Positions 27,938 to 32,000 of a stretch of 32,000 nucleotides of DNA are shown one piece after another (the stretch's first letter is position 1; every line of letters starts with the position of its first letter). Origin of the DNA: an uncultured beta proteobacterium. Its GTDB lineage: Bacteria; Pseudomonadota; Gammaproteobacteria; Burkholderiales; Burkholderiaceae_D. The notes beneath the pieces are model-generated. The model searched no databases, was not told where the DNA came from, and worked only from the letters and a program-made list of their open reading frames with translations. The stretch covers positions 2,231,069-2,263,068 of the forward strand of contig OY969095.1 of assembly GCA_963697715.1 (NCBI GenBank). The letters are read 5' to 3'. Made by a program: the position numbers and the translations under genes.

Positions 27938-28743
27938 ACTCTGTCTGCGCCTCCAGCCGAAAATTGCCGGCGCCACCGGCGATGCGCTGGTCAACCGTTG
28001 CGCTGCTCGGCGGACTGATTCTGCTGGTATTGCTCAGCTTTATTTCGCTGCAACTGAAATGGCGGGAATTCTTCAGTCCCGACGCGATACACACCAGCAT
28101 CGAATTCCTGCGCGGTTTTGCGCCGCCTGACATGGCATCGGCCTTCCTGCACAAGGTTGCGTTTGCCACGTTCGAAACATTTTCGATGTCGGCCATCGGC
28201 ACACTGATTGCGGCATTCATCGGTATCCTGCTGGGCTTGCCGGCAAGCGGACGTTTCGGCATGACTGCGCGGCTGGCCACGCGTGCGGTGTTGAATGTGC
28301 TGCGCTCCATTCCCGAACTGGTGTGGGCATCCATCCTGCTGATTGCAGCCGGACTCGGTCCGTTCGCCGGTACGCTGGCGCTGGCCCTGCATACGATGGG
28401 CGTGCTGGGCCGCCTGTTCGCCGATGCGTTTGAAAACTGTCCGCCGCTGCCGGAAGAAACCTTGCGCGGCAACGGCGTGCATCCGGTCGCTGCCTTCGTC
28501 TATTCCACGCTGCCGCAAAGCGGCCCGCAGTTGATGTTGTACACGTTATATCGCTGGGAAAACAATATCCGCGCCGCCGCCATCCTCGGCGTGGTCGGCG
28601 CCGGCGGACTTGGCCAGATGCTGAAATATCACCTGTCGCTTTTCCAGATGCAGCAAGCCGCGACCGTGATCGTTGCGATGCTGTTGATGGTTGCCGCAGT
28701 CGATGCCTTGAGTTTTCTGCTGCGGCGGATGATGACCCGCTAG
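27934..28743 (+). CDS. ABC transporter permease (PhnE-like), second of two
   Basis: It overlaps the upstream gene as ATGA and is a paralogue of it (RSIPELVWASILL, YRWENNIR). Confidence 0.8.
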   Translation: MNSVCASSRKLPAPPAMRWSTVALLGGLILLVLLSFISLQLKWREFFSPDAIHTSIEFLRGFAPPDMASAFLHKVAFATFETFSMSAIGTLIAAFIGILLGLPASGRFGMTARLATRAVLNVLRSIPELVWASILLIAAGLGPFAGTLALALHTMGVLGRLFADAFENCPPLPEETLRGNGVHPVAAFVYSTLPQSGPQLMLYTLYRWENNIRAAAILGVVGAGGLGQMLKYHLSLFQMQQAATVIVAMLLMVAAVDALSFLLRRMMTR

Positions 28744-28750
28744 GATCGTG

Positions 28751-29932
<1,182 letters not shown>

Positions 29933-30005
29933 GAAGCATCCTTGCTTGGCAGGTTGAAGATGGCGAGGTCGAATCAACGAAGAAATCAATGCAGTCGACC
30001 ATTTA

Positions 30006-30047
30006 TGCAATTGAGTTGCATTATACATAAATGCAACAATGTTGCAA
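30006..30047 (-). promoter_or_regulatory. Sigma70-type promoter of the COG0523 gene overlapped by three palindromes (candidate metalloregulator operator, Zur suspected)
   Basis: The minus strand reads TTGCAA-N16-TATAAT (-35 at 30042-30047, -10 at 30020-30025). The palindromes are TGCAATTGAGTTGCA (30006-30020), TGCAT-N9-ATGCA (30017-30035) and TGCAACAATGTTGCA (30032-30046). Confidence 0.45.
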
Positions 30048-30054
30048 AAGAAGG

Positions 30055-30105
30055 AAAATAAAACGGCGGTTGGCATGGCATTGCTTGATTGCCGCACCAA
30101 CCGCC
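30055..30105 (-). terminator. Probable terminator of the CzcA-family gene
   Basis: A 9-bp stem GGCGGTTGG / CCAACCGCC is followed on the minus strand by GTTTTATTTT. The 23-nt loop is long, which lowers confidence. Confidence 0.45.
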
Positions 30106-30164
30106 GCTTCCATCTCACGTTCTATTTGCCGATGATCGCCACCGCGATCAGTCCCCTTTGTCGA

Positions 30165-32000
<1,836 letters not shown>

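Overview
This window looks like a chromosomal segment of a roughly 55% GC proteobacterium, probably a Burkholderiales-type betaproteobacterium; that guess rests on how the proteins look, not on a search. All family assignments come from motifs read in the supplied translations, because no database search was possible.

Gene content from left to right:
- A cusCBAF-type copper/silver RND efflux operon (2-6235). Its CusB carries a fused C-terminal CusF-like domain.
- An AT-rich spacer and a small, very acidic ORF.
- A stand-alone EF-G paralogue (7155-9257).
- A Bcr/CflA-type MFS exporter on the minus strand.
- A 261-bp 3' fragment of a phage rep gene (11088-11348).
- A complete filamentous (inovirus-like) prophage of about 7.0 kb (11689-18683).
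- A GlpQ-like lipoprotein, a MEKHLA-domain protein, a small secreted protein and a Cache-GGDEF cyclase.
- A selenium locus: selU, selD and a PhnD/C/E/E-like ABC transporter (22988-28743).
- A COG0523 metallochaperone GTPase whose promoter is densely covered by palindromes.
- The 3' part of a CzcA-family RND pump, which runs off the window.

The main finding concerns the prophage boundaries. Its right end is a 28-bp sequence that matches the E. coli dif site at 23 of 28 positions. Its left end is an exact copy of the XerC arm plus central region, followed by unrelated sequence. No integrase gene is present. The element therefore looks like a Xer-dependent integrative element (IMEX) with a one-armed attP. 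It sits at the presumed replication terminus, next to the remnant of an earlier, related integration. The prophage also carries several unassignable cargo genes.

No rRNA, tRNA, CRISPR array or transposase was seen.
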